NCBI GenBank assembly: GCA_964016885.1
Contig: OZ024745.1
Location: 53,010,001 to 53,074,000, forward strand
DNA length: 64,000 nt
Source: Eledone cirrhosa
Lineage: Eukaryota
Direction: 5' to 3'
The number at the start of each line of letters is the position of its first letter. Within the stretch, counting starts at the first letter, position 1. The position numbers and the translations under genes were made by a program. Under the pieces are notes generated by a model. That model worked only from the letters and a program-made list of their open reading frames with translations, did no database searches and was not told the DNA's origin. Positions 43,300-57,000 of the stretch are shown in pieces.

Positions 43300-44450
43300 T
43301 TGAATACGATAAAATCTAAATTGAAAACAGATCTCCATAATTCTACGCTAAAAGGATGGCATGAAGTACATCTACCTGGTCAATTGGGGAGGGAGTAAAA
43401 AATGAATGAGAATCACACAATTAAACACCAGGACAGAAACATTTCTAATTGCAGCATAAAATCCCCACCAGAAATCACAAAACGTCCATAAAACTGCATA
43501 GCACAGTAACTGCACAATATGAGGCTGGTAATCAAGAAATAATTAATGTATAACCTCAGACTTTCAACTCTTATCCAAAATATTTTATATCCATAATCAT
43601 GATAGATTGGAATTTACATACACTGAAAGTTATGTCATTACTACGATATACCATCCAAAAAGAGTGGTTAGAGATATACAATAGAAAAAGAGTCAGACAA
43701 TGACAAAGCAATCATATTCTTGGGTACACCGATAGAACCAGTCGGGGAGGTATCAAAGCCAATCGACCAGAAATAGAGGTCAAAGATCACAAAGGAAGAT
43801 AATGCATTATAGGCAACGAATTACTCCCTACGGTTGACAATATATCTATCAAGGCAATGGAGAAATTTTCTGGAGGTAGAAATAACCCAAACATGAGAAC
43901 AAAACAATGAGAACAAAACTAATTCCTCTAGTAATAGGTGGGTATGATAATAAAACACAATAGCTGCAATATAACTAGCCGCTACTAACATATTTCGAAG
44001 AGTACTTTAAATATAATAGATGCATAACACAAAAAATAACACTACATATTTCCAAGGCACGGTGAGCCCGGTATTGCAGTGATGACACATAATAAAAATA
44101 AGAGTAACGATAATAACCAACGTGGGAACTTCTAACATGACTCACTACCCCATTATTGTTCTGCTTATCACTTATGTCTCTAAGCAAATTCCATAATGAA
44201 ACAAGATATGTATATAAGACCTAAAAAATAAACATCAATTGTATTGATGATTTGAAACGCTTTGCCAAAGATGAACAGCAGCTACAAGGACTACTTCAGA
44301 ATGTAAAGAATATAATGATAACACAATATAACTCGGCGTTGATAAATGTGCAAAGGTTACATTTGTTTAATGGATATTAACAGCCACCAACAAACACTAT
44401 TTTATAGGGATATCATAACTAAAATATTAGAATCAAAAGGAAATTTAACT
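43300..44450 (+). mobile_element. Decayed R4-like non-LTR fragments (RLE part, then an RT part)
   Basis: KANRPEIEVKDHK at about 43755. PLLFCLSL, DDLKRFAKDEQQLQGLL and GVDKCAKVTF at 44150-44365. Confidence 0.65.
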
Positions 44451-47028
44451 GACTACACTACCAAATTGGTAGCTCAGTCAAAGAAACGAGCTGCAGAAAG
44501 ATCACTGTCACAAAAGTCGACCACACCTGTTCACTGTTTGGGAATATCTGCAACTGTAGCCACTCGGTGCATGTTTGCTCATCATCAGCGACGGCATTCA
44601 CAGGCCTCTCCGCAAAGGGTCAACGATGTAGATAGACTGCTGAGCTTTTAGCAGGTAAGCCTTTCTCTTGTGGTATCAGACGTTTCCCGTGCATCGCAGC
44701 AATGAGTGTCATTAATAACAGAAGTATCGGCGTAGCCGGTTTCCCGTCCCAGCAGAGACAATCTCTCTCGACAGGAATAACGGTACTCGCCCTGTTGGTC
44801 CTTTTTCCCTTGGCGGAAAGATCACGAATCTGGGAAATTACATGGTGACAATTTCTCCGGTGAAAACCTCTTTGTTTTCGTCCCAATCCCGGGCCTTGCT
44901 GCTGATAAGAGCCGAAGATGACCAAATACCAGATATTGATAGACGCAAATGAAGATGATGAAATGAAGCCAGCTTAAGTAGCCTCATGAAGTGAACTATG
45001 TGATGTAGCCAGTATCACTGACTGTAGACTCTGGCAATGATTGCACCTTATCACTCTCGGTTAAGAGATGCTGTTAAGCCGTGTCCCTAGAGTTTGCCCC
45101 TTTCCCATAATTTGTCTTTCATGTTTCACGTCTCAACTTTAATAGTGCTACTAGAACAGAGTACATTATTTATAACTTTAAAATTTCCGTATTCCTACTG
45201 ATCGATCGACTTCCTGCTGAAATGTATCCGTCCATCAGTTTTCATGCATCAATCATGTATCTCATACTTAATTGTAACGAAGAAAATAAATAAAAAGAAG
45301 AACGAAAAGCCTCGGCAGTCCCGGAGATTCCCTGAAGCCTCATATCCGTATTCTAATAAAAGCATTAAATGAATGTAAATTGAATATATTATAGACACCT
45401 TTCGCAAAAATAACTGGCACATGCTGTTGATTCGTACGTCTTTGAAGATAATTCTATGTCATTGTTGATTTCAAAGCGGTAACCAAAGGAGAATATCAGA
45501 ATCATTTAAAGTGTTCACTATTTGAGGTCATTTATTTAATACCTATGTGAAATTCAGTATAATTGAAGCCTTCTTAACAGCAAACCATCAAAGTGATGGT
45601 TTGCAAACCATCAAAGTGATGGTTTGCATATTTAGCTGCACTAATAGTAAAATTATCTCCAAATAATCTTGGGATTACTTATCTGTGTTTCATAAACTAA
45701 ATGTTTACCTTAAATAGGATTGATATCGTTGTAGGATATAATTTCCTCAGATAGATTTCTATCTTATTAATTTAGTTTACACCCTCAGAGAATAATTAGA
45801 AATTATTCCTCTGAAAGCAATGTAGTTGCTTCAAGATTAATAGATATAATATGACATTACGTATCTCCGTAAGGAAACCTGATAATTTGAGCTACTGATA
45901 TTTGATACTTATTTAGGCACACTTCATTCTCTATGATTGTTTCTATTGTAATATATCTATATTATTGGCTTCCGATGTATCTCATTACATAGTTCCTAAA
46001 AAAATCGTTACTTTCTGAATTTCTCTAATTTACTTTTGTTAAACTAAACAACAGAGTGTAGAAAGGATATAACTCTAGCTTGAAGAAAACCAGTCGAGAG
46101 TTCAATGTAACGAAAACTCAGTACTTCGCTGACCGTGATAAACACATTTTTGTTTTAAACCAAAACCTATATCTCATTTTAAATTCAACCTTAGACACAA
46201 GGAATTCACATGTCGATCTCAGAAGAAAATCTGTCTTTCTGGAAGAAAGTATATTTCTATTTCATCTGTCAACCCGAAATTAAGTTAACAGCTCTGTTAT
46301 TCGGAAAATGTTTACTTGGCCTATTGGTAAAATATGCAAGCTGCGTACTGAATTGTTTCTAATATTATAATAGACGATATACATACTGTGGTTGGTGCTT
46401 AGGATTTGAAACTGCATATTACTCATTAAATCTTACTATAATACATTAATGTTACTCATTCACCCATCACACTTCTGTTATTGTCATCTTGGCACCTGTT
46501 AGAGGTATCAGTTAATACATCCGGTAAAGTAATCTACGAAACAGGTGGGACGCTCACGACTGGAAGGCCACTGAGTGCCTATTTTTACGAGGAAATTATT
46601 CTTGAACATAGCTGACCTTTCACAAAATAAACAACGTCGACAACAACATTGTAGACAACTACATGAATGATAATTTTCAATCAAATAATAGCTTTGATGT
46701 ATGAAGCATCACGCAAGCACTGTCATCGAGTCAACATCGAAAATAAACTGGTGTATATTTGGCAAGTATTGAGTGAGGATTATTCGGTAACACACGTGTA
46801 GCTCAATGGTGCATTCGAATATTAATATGCCAAGTTACATGTAAACCAAGAGATTGAAAATCCGCTCGATCCGATGCAAAACACGTAACAGGATATCATC
46901 AATAATATTAATTTATAACATATATAAATAGGTTTTAACCTTGTAATTATGTTATGAATATTAATTAATCTTTCATATATTTAACTGTTTGACTGTCAGG
47001 CAACATTTCTTTCCTTCCTTATAAATAA

Positions 47029-47100
<72 letters not shown>

Positions 47101-47625
47101 ATAAGCGGCCGACCGGACTGGAAACTGCTAAATGTTTGGCCGCCTTCTTGTCTCTCTGCCTTTTCAGCCGCATGGATTATGTCTATTATATTCCTTTGTT
47201 AAATTTCGAATACCTGATGATGTCACCGGATTCATACTGAACCCGATCAATGGAATGTTGATAGTATAATAAACCTTTAAGGAATTACACCAATCCACCG
47301 TCATGTTATTTTATAATAATTAACTCCGTACTCGCACCACCAACAACACAAAAGGAGACGGGTGAGTTGCATTACGTCGAGTGTTCTCCATAATATTACA
47401 GCAAGGTTGACTATACGGAATGACCAGTTCTATCTAGTTGTGAACCAACAAACCTAAATGAATATATATATATATATATATATCCTGTCCACCTTGCTTT
47501 CAGTCTTTGCACACGGTACTAGACAAAATTGTTTCATCATTCATTTGCTCTCATTCTGGGGCAGTTTTGTATGGCGCCAGTTAGTAATTTGAACTAGGGA
47601 ATTTTATATTCTCCGAGAGAGAAAA

Positions 47626-47706
47626 GCCTTCTGACGAGGATCTCTTTCTCAATGGAAATCCGTTTGGATTATCTATTCGTTTGGGATCTGAAACAGAGGT
47701 AAAGGC
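47626..47706 (+). ncRNA. Type I hammerhead ribozyme, copy 1
   Basis: GCCTT-CTGACGA-GGATCTC...GGGATCT-GAA-AC(agag)GT-A-AAGGC. Confidence 0.85.
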
Positions 47707-48107
47707 ACATATAGTAAGTACAGTGAATTTTTTGAAATTTATTTTAACATTTTTTTCTTTATTTACTTTCCCTTGATTTTATATGTTCTGGCTTATTAAT
47801 TTATTAACTTGCCATTGAACCACACTGACATACGTTCGGACTATACTTGTATCCCTATGTGTATTATTTCCATGTAGGAACACATACTTTTATTATTATT
47901 CTCCCTAACGGTAGAGAAACCTTTGGTCATTTGAACGGCTGCTATTTTTAGTAGCAAGAGATTGATCTGTCCACCTTGTTTTCAGTCTTTGCACACGGTA
48001 CTAGACAAAATTGTTTCATCATTTATTTGCTCTCATTCTGGAGCAGTTTTGTATGGCGCTAGTTTGTAATTTGAACTAGGGAATTTTATATTCTCCGAGA
48101 GAGAAAA

Positions 48108-48188
48108 GCCTTCTAACGAGGATCTCTTTCTCAATGGAAATCCGTTTGGATTATCTATTTGTTTGGGATCTGAAACCGCGGTAAAGGC
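48108..48188 (+). ncRNA. Type I hammerhead ribozyme, copy 2 (G5A core change)
   Basis: GCCTT-CTAACGA-GGATCTC...GGGATCT-GAA-ACCGCGGT-A-AAGGC. Confidence 0.75.
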
Positions 48189-48270
48189 ACATATAGTAAG
48201 TACAGTGAAATTTTTGAAATTTATTTTTAATTTTTTTTCTTTATTTGCTTTCCCTTGGTTTTATATATAA

Positions 48271-48318
<48 letters not shown>

Positions 48319-48866
48319 TCCTTTTAATTAAAAGTTCTAAAAGTACTACATTTATGTAAATAAGAATTGTTAAATGGATATAACACAAAGTGTTTAAATT
48401 AACAGTAGATATGATTTCAAATAGAATTATTGCCATTTGTAAAGGAAATAACACACGGTTTGTCTTTACTGAATTTGATTGCAGTATTCATTCTTGAAAA
48501 TACTTTCTCATACTTCGGACGGTAGTACTGGAAAATCACAGTAAGTTCTAAAGTGACAAATACTTTGTTGATCGAAGAACATTAGTAGCAACGTTTTACA
48601 ATGACTTTCCATTCTTAGTATTCAATATATTAATCAATAGTTGCGAGTTATTGCTTGATATTCGTTTGTCTCCGTTTTGAATAGTGAATTGTTTAGCCAA
48701 AATATTAATTACTCTAGTCCAAAAATCGATAGAAACCAATTACAAAAGAAGAGACAGAAGAGAAGAGAATGAAAATGAAATGCTGAAGAGTGAAAACAAA
48801 ATGGCTACTTTATTTTGTCTCTTATAGTATCACGTATTTATAACTACACTTATGTTCTTAATAAGA

Positions 48867-48907
<41 letters not shown>

Positions 48908-49901
48908 CATACATACATACATACATACATACATACATGCAAACATACATACATATATATAATGCATCTATATATAATGCATCTATATGTAATGTATCTA
49001 TACATATATGTGTGTGTAGAAAGAGAGGGAAAAGGAAAGAAATATATACATACATACTTATATTAATAATGTAACGTTTTCGTTTCTTCTTTTGTGTTCT
49101 GTTAAAATGTGCTTCTACACGTGCCGTATTTGAATTCATATCAAATTCAGAGGTGAATTTTTTTTAATTTAAGTTACTATTATGTGCTGACTGTAGTGAA
49201 ATATTGACTGGTATTACACTAATCTACTGGAGATATTGTGACCTCAAAACACTGAAAGGATAAACGTTGAAGCACTTCATTTATATTAGTTTCCATTGTA
49301 TTGACTACTTTGTGTGTGGTTTTGTATTGAGTGAGAGTGTATTGGTGTACGTATTTCCATTGCTTTCTGAAATGTTACTATTAGATTTAGGCTTGTATCA
49401 TTATAATTAACATTTGCAATCAATACACTACATATTTAATAAACAAGTATTTTGTGAAGCTATTGTTTATTTTTTACTATTCTAGGTGTGGACAATCTAA
49501 TTCAAGTGTCGACTACATTTATGAATTAGTGAGTTAAATCAACAGAACTTCTAAGGTGTAATACCAATTCTTAATTAATTTAGTATAAAATAAGTTTCTT
49601 GCTTTAAAAACAGTGTAGGAAGTTTTTCTACTCTCATATAATTAACACTTATCCGCAGAACAATAAGCAAAGCTTAAGTTTTATTTACTACCTCAAAATA
49701 AATACAGATAAAGTAAATAAACTACATACAATGATACATACTGTAACAAATCTATATTCATCAGTAACTTATTGACCTTCAATAAAACACTATTCGTACT
49801 TCAAAAATCGAATTTCTTCATCATTGTTTGTGTCGAACACCTAGACGGCGGGAACTTGTGTAAAGCCCTTTACACACGTTCACATGCATACATATATATG
49901 T

Positions 49902-49974
<73 letters not shown>

Positions 49975-50627
49975 CGTGGGGGGGGGGGGGTACATGACGC
50001 AACCCAAATGTATACTGACACAACACACGCACATGCAGAAATTTTATATGGGATGACAAGTTAGGTAATCCATTTAGAGGTTGTGAGTACTCTGTAGTAT
50101 GGAAAGTTTTAACGTACGGCGTTGTTTGATTCAACAATCAGTATTGCGATGATTTGATCAGAGATACACACACTGTATTTAAGGTCGAGTGACGCAATTT
50201 CAGTGATCGGCGGCCTTTAGACTCTCCTGATCAATGAAACTACTGTTCATACTGTAAATAAAATCATTTTTGTACAGCCAACCATGTTATTCTTCCCTCT
50301 TTCACTGTATATATATATATATGGTTGTATGTTTTGTGTATGTGTGCGTCTGCGAGTGTCTGTGTGTTATATTTTGAGATCTTTAGAAAATTATGAAATA
50401 TTTGGTATATTTCAATAATTTTAAGAACACACCTATCGGATTATGCTGTGGCATAGAACAAATTGAAAATATTGTAGTGACATATGTCAATTTTATGTAA
50501 TGGTTTCTTCATTTTTTTATGGATTACCTAACATCCACTAAACAATAGTTTGCAGTTTTGTTTCAGAAATTTAAGAATGTTTATTATACTTAGTTTAGTG
50601 TTTCTTATATTCCTTGAATTGCCTGTT

Positions 50628-50661
<34 letters not shown>

Positions 50662-52279
50662 CATATTCACGCGCGTGTGTGTGTGTTTGTCTACATTTTT
50701 ATGGTAACTTCCAGAAATTTTGAAATTTCAAACTACATAAATTTATCGATATACTTAACATTGTTTTGATATCTTAAAGTGTCGGATATTTCTTCAGCTT
50801 TGTTCCTTCATTATATTAAATATGTAAATTATTTGCTTTATTTGTCTTATATTTGTAAGATTGCTAAACGCGTAACACTCAAGGACATTGTGACAGACAT
50901 AACATATTTTTTTTTTTTAAACATTTTCTGCAACTTATTTGATGCTACCTTAGAATACTGAATGGCATTTTAATATACATCCAATATGCTTCTATATATG
51001 CACACAGTAGTTAGTATAATCATTGTAAACTGGTATTGTTACACCGCAGGGACGGCAAAAGGCTTCTTGGTATCACAAATCCGTTGCTTCCAGGAGGTAA
51101 GCTTCTTATTAGGGATGTGTCACGCAAACTGGTTATTTCTCTGAGAATTCTATCGAATGTTTCATACACTGACTCGTTCATCATCTGCAACCTGGTGATT
51201 TCACTGAGTGATTCTCGTTTTGTTGCGTGAGAAGCAAAAGATAGAAATCTGCTGATTTACGGCCAGCTTCTGATAACTTTATTATAGAACATATAGCGAT
51301 GTAAACTTCACTGCTGGCTAGCCTCTGGTGTAACTGTCTCTAAATTGTGTCCTCACTGATCATGAGGCTATATCTTCTTGATGTTGTGCATGTATATATT
51401 TGATTACACAACTGCAAGGATAATTTATTTTTCCTGATCATTTTTTTTAGATTGAATTATTCATTTACTTATTACATATCATGTTATGTAATTTTTCTTT
51501 ATATTCTTCGTTTCTGCAGAATTAAATATATCTTAAATATCGGTGTTTCCACTTCTTATGGCAAATCAGCGCATTGTTATTTATTATTACCTGCAAAGTT
51601 CGGTTGTTTTCTTAGTACCTTAATATATAGATGTCATAATTAATCCAATCAGTCTCCGCACAATACATTCTCGCACTGGCTAATAAATAATTAAACGTAA
51701 ATGGTGTGTTCAATATCACATTGTTTTGTTGCCAATACGGTGATGTGTGTTCGTTACTGTATTTCTATGCGCTCATTTTACCGCTACATATCAGCAAGTA
51801 CGTCAGATTTAATTTTTAGAACATTCTGATCAATAGCAAGTATTCTTCCATTTTATGTTTATTGTCAGCCACAAATTGCCTCTCACACCACTTCGTCGCA
51901 TCCCTTTCTCTACACATCAACGTCATCTTGAAATCATGTGTGACAGCAAAGACAAACAGCACATTCACCTTTCTTTACACACCTATTAAGTACTTGTGTC
52001 CGAAATCTTATACTTTCCCTCTCATAGCGGTAATCAAATATATCGACTACCCCGTTCTCGCTTTAAATAAATAACGCCAATTTCACAACTGCCGCTCATT
52101 TAAGCGACGATTATTTTATTCCAGGTGCTACATATTTAGAATTAGGTAGAAGGGGTCGTTGCAGAAATAAGTAAATACAGATAGACACAAGGTTTTGACA
52201 TTGACTTGATACTAACTGCCTATGTTGACAAGATTTCCTATAAGTATCACATCAATTTCGACAGCTCTGCTTTCAAGAT

Positions 52280-52371
<92 letters not shown>

Positions 52372-52404
52372 ATGTGCAACCAGCAGTTTTCTTCTCACCC
52401 ATAT

Positions 52405-52448
<44 letters not shown>

Positions 52449-52555
52449 TTGTGTTTGTGCAGACACATTTATATACATGAATTTACTCCAAATTCGCTGA
52501 ATGTGCTTCTTTTCAATTTTTTCTTCTTTCTATTTCCTCATTTACTTTTCATTCT

Positions 52556-52590
52556 TCTCCTGATGAAGGTTTTCTGACCAAAAATCAAAG
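52556..52590 (+). ncRNA. Decayed minimal hammerhead relic
   Basis: CTC-CTGATGA-A-GGTT(ttct)GACC-AAAAATC. GAAA is lost, consistent with CpG decay. It lies within a short insert between (TA)n tracts. Confidence 0.45.
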
Positions 52591-52651
52591 ACACTTTTCT
52601 TTCTATGTCAAGCGTTAAACTAACATATTTCTCCATTGTACTATTTTGTTT

Positions 52652-52741
<90 letters not shown>

Positions 52742-52949
52742 GTGTTTGTGTGTGTGTTTGAATTTCTTATGTGTTATCCTAAAATGGGAATGTTATTGTG
52801 CTCTAGAATATTGACGACTTAAAATTTCTGTTTCATCAAAATCAAGCATGGCTAATTTTTCTCATATTCTATTGTTGGAAACAAACAATATGATACGGCT
52901 TCTTTAAAAAGCAGCAATCGTGAAATATTGAAATATAATTACATTATTG

Positions 52950-53005
<56 letters not shown>

Positions 53006-54523
53006 CGAAGGAGATGCGGTAAGGAACCATATATATAACGCACAAGAGTACTCAATACTTAGGCTAGTAGAGTGGGTATTAGGAGAAAGTATGACCCCGA
53101 CGGCAGAGCTCAAGCCGTTTGACGGCTATTTCTGGACTAACGTAAGAGTATTTTTAGTCTGGTAAATAAATAGCCGAACGTTTCAAAGGGTTCTTCCTTA
53201 TATGGGGAGATTCTAGTTGTCAAGTGGATTGGTCAAAGTTTGTAGCAGACACAGAGAAATCTATCATGGCAGTTGGTGCGGGGCGGGGATGGCTGGACTT
53301 GCCTGTAGAACGATATGGGGTGGGTAGAGCCGGTCAAGCGTAGAAGATGAAATCTGCACGGCAAATTCTAAGGAATGTGTATGAAAGTAGGCCAGAGGAG
53401 GTTGGCGAAAAAAGGTTTCTTTAAAAAGTGGAAGAGGGACGTTATAGAAATAGTAAATCAAATGCGATTAGGGGACAATGAAAGAATATAATAAAAAATG
53501 AGAGAAAGATGTATCAGAATGTAAGATTGGAAAGTGAGAAGTGAAATAAAACAAAAACTAAGGAGTCTAACACAGCTGTTATATTTAGTTGGTGCTCCTA
53601 TTTCGGCCAAAGCTATAGAATGAGTTGCTAGATGAGAATTATTGAAAATTTAGAATTAAAAGTCAATACCACATCTCTGGGGTCTAACACAGCTGCTATG
53701 AATAGTTAGTATAGCGTAATCGGCGAATGATATCTGTAAGTAGCTAGGGTGGGGGTACTGAGGCTAAACAGGCCCGATGGGCTGTCTCGAGGTAGGTGAA
53801 AGAGGAAAAAAACAAAGAAACGAACGTGGAAGAAGTTCGGTGGTGGAAAGAAGTGATAGGAGGAGACAAAGGGAAGAAGAAAACATAGAGGAAAAGCAAA
53901 GAGGTACATTTACCTATATAAGTAGGGGTTATCCCTATCTTATTCGTCAAGTGGGGTGTTTCAGCCCTAGTCTACCCACCCGGATCGTTAGGGGGTTTGA
54001 GGGCGAGGTAGGTCTTCCGCAATCTGTGTTTGCATGCAGTTACCAGTTCGTCTTTTTTGTTTAGGAGTTGATCTTTCGTAAACAGCATTTTTAATATTTC
54101 CTCCGAGCATAAGTTACACGGACGGCGGCCTCCCGTGTAAGAGATAGCTCTGGACAGTAAGCTCCAAGTAAGATGGTAAGTTATATTATTATTTTGGAGG
54201 TCCCAGATATGGTCCGAAAGTGTGGTGGCATGTCGCCAGACCGGGTTTCGGAACGTATGGCTGTGTTGGTAGAGCCGGGTCTTAAAGTTACAAGCGGTTA
54301 ATCCTATATAAGCGCTTTGTTGGAGGTGTCCGTCCTCACGTTGCACTGGTAGATCACGTTACGTTCTCGGCATGTTGACCAATCCTCTTGACAACTACAA
54401 TCTTCCCATATAAGGAAAAGTTCGGCTATGTATTTACCCGACTAAAAAAACTCTTAATTTAGTCCAGAAGTAGCCGTCAAAACGGCTTGAGCTCTGCCGT
54501 CGGGGTCATACTTTCTCCTAATA
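53006..54523 (-). mobile_element. 5'-truncated family-B-related PLE with inverted terminal piece 54374-54523
   Basis: AYIGLTACNFKTRLYQH...RPCNLCSEE...TACKH is homologous to 36670-37321. 53077-53235 is inverted at 54374-54523. (TA)n on both sides. Confidence 0.9.
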
Positions 54524-56559
54524 TATATATAGATATATATATATATAAAGGAATGTGTAACCTAACCATACGACCTTACAAGAATTTAAGAACATGAGAT
54601 CAAATTGAATAGTATGTAATCAACAGAAATATATATATTTTTATGTTATAATAACATCTATTTACCAACTACCGCAAGCTATTAGTGTTCCATATTACAA
54701 GCTGGAGAGTATACGTTGACAACCATTCATCTGCGCTGTGTGGTTTTATAGTTGAATGCAGATAGCTAACCAACGATTAAAACGAAATATTTATCCTTCA
54801 TCTGCACACACATGCAGAAAGTCACTACTGTTTGACTGAATCTGCTAGAAATACTAGGCAAATATTTTCATCTAACATCCTACGTCTCAGAAAAAAATAG
54901 AATTAAACATATGGTTACTGCGAACAAAGTGAACCTAAAAAAAGTATTATCATAACTGGAATGTATTTCATTACAAACTAAACACGATTACAATTGATCT
55001 AATACTAAACTAATCGGACAAGAAAACCAAATAAACTAAATCAGATTCAAATGCACATTCTGCTGTCTTAAAATGGAAGGAGAATTCAAATTATCTACAT
55101 CTAGACTAACTACGTATGTAAAATATAGTCACTATGATAGCAACCAGAATATAGTGATCACATCTCTACTTTATCAAACCATATCTGGAGGTAATCAGCC
55201 AGAAGAATAATGACAATAAACTAAACCTAATTTGGAACAAGATACGTGTAGAGTATTTGTATTATTTATTCAAAGTGATGTTTCGATCACCAGCAATGAA
55301 AAGTTGACTCCAAGAGTTGCGGATGTTCAATGTATAAATCATTTAAAAGCACCCTTAAGCTAAAATAGGCAGATCCATTCATTTATACCATATAGTATGG
55401 TGAAATATTTGTTCTGGTTCTCTACTCTCTATTTTCAAATCCTAATGCTTTCAATTTTGCATTTTGTGCTTTCGGAGCTGATAAAATAAAGTACGAAACC
55501 AAGAAGTGCATTTGTATAATTTTAGACTTTCAGGCGTGATACTTTCTGTTGTCTCTTCCGGCTATTTCAAATCTACCGAAGCGTACATTTGTGTTGCTCT
55601 TAATACCTCATCTGATTTTACATCCCATATTGCCTTTAGGTAATACACCAATAAGGGAACACCTTTCTCCATCGAATCAATTTTATATCCAACGAAATCA
55701 TTCCCTAAATAAAATTGAAATCTAAGACATGAAAACTAGCGTTTCTAAAGCCCTACTAGTTATGGGATTCCTCATCGATCTGTTAATTCGTCCTGAATTG
55801 TTTGACGATGTGATATGTATTTATAGTTATTTTCCTATAATAATTTCGGCGACAGATTCATTTAAAAAGATAAAATATTAATTTCCTTTGTAATCGAACT
55901 GGTTAGTTTTTTTTTTCTTTCAATTTCAGAATATTTGATTACTTTCATTTTAGAAATAACATATATGTTTTAGTATATATTGTAAATTGTTTTGATGTAT
56001 TTTTCTTATTTTCGCCTTCTCTAATAATTTTAATTCAAAGTGTATGATATAGAGACGTAGATTTATTAAAATAAGAGGAGAAAAAAGAAAAGCAAAGAAG
56101 AAAGACAGAAAGGATAGTTAGCTGGGAGGTGTAATGTATGAGTATCAAATACACGAGAAAGTAATAAAATGGAAACTCAGATATATAAAGGGAAGGATGA
56201 TAGATTTGTGAATGAAGGAGACAGAGCAGACGACTAAAATGAAAACGAAGCCGAAGGGCAAGAGACAGTAATTAAAATAGAACGCCACTTTCCTTTCAGT
56301 ATATTTGCGTACAAAGTCATGCAAACACGAATATTAGTCTCTGTTTGTGTTTGTGCATATATGTATATATATTTATATGTGTGAGAGAGAGAGAGGGAGA
56401 GGGAGAGTGAGTTGTGTGAGTGTGCAATGTATGTATAAACAGATGTACTTGATGATGTGCGCAAAAATATATTTGTCTCTTTGTTTAAGTAAGAACCCCA
56501 GTATAACTCGTTTCTAGGCAGGTTTGGGGAACACTACTTAAATAAATAGAGAAATAATT

Positions 56560-57000
56560 GAAAAAGATAATTCTCATGGTTACATGAAAATATTTCCATT
56601 GTCAGCAGAAGCTGTGATAATAACGTACATCTTTCGGTCAATTTGAGCCTCGTCAGTAAACCATAAACAACATGAAGACGCTTGCTCAATAAGCATATTT
56701 TTGCGTATACATAATTACGATTGTTTAAAAAATATATCCGGTGAGCAGTAAAATCATGTGCTAAGCGAAATAATTCAAACTGAGTTTATTTAGGTAATGA
56801 ATTTTAATATGCTACAAGGTTTGAGATACTCAGAGGGGGAATACAAGCGATCAATACAAGGGCTGATTTCTTTGGTGCTTGTCTACACCTAAGAATGGGA
56901 ACATTCCTCAAGCTATATGGTTAGTAACCTTGCTACCTGGGTTTGCAGATGGACCACAATCTCCTACTGTTTCTATCTCATTTTAACTCTATTAATCTCT
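56560..57000 (-). mobile_element. Highly decayed Tc1/mariner-like transposase fragment
   Basis: Minus-strand WFTDEAQ motif at about 56650-56665. Confidence 0.35.

Larger units (their letters stand above)
47485..48265 (+). repeat. 482-bp tandem repeat (about 1.6 units) with one hammerhead per unit; retrozyme-like or PLE pseudo-LTR tandem
   Basis: CTGTCCACCTTG begins at 47485 and at 47967. The units are highly similar, have no ORF, and are flanked by (TA)n on both sides. Confidence 0.9.

Noticed and set aside
44450-45060. GC-richer block, possibly LTR-retrotransposon gag remnant or exon
   Set aside because: Only a vague zinc-knuckle resemblance; needs a homology search
47214-47285. CTGATGA followed by a possible long stem II and TAAACC
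   Set aside because: GAAA and stem I cannot be recovered; at most a decayed hammerhead relic
53170-53230. Family B TTGACAA...GAAACGTTC on the minus strand
   Set aside because: No convincing stem II or stem I, and the related copies at 34870 and 54390 differ
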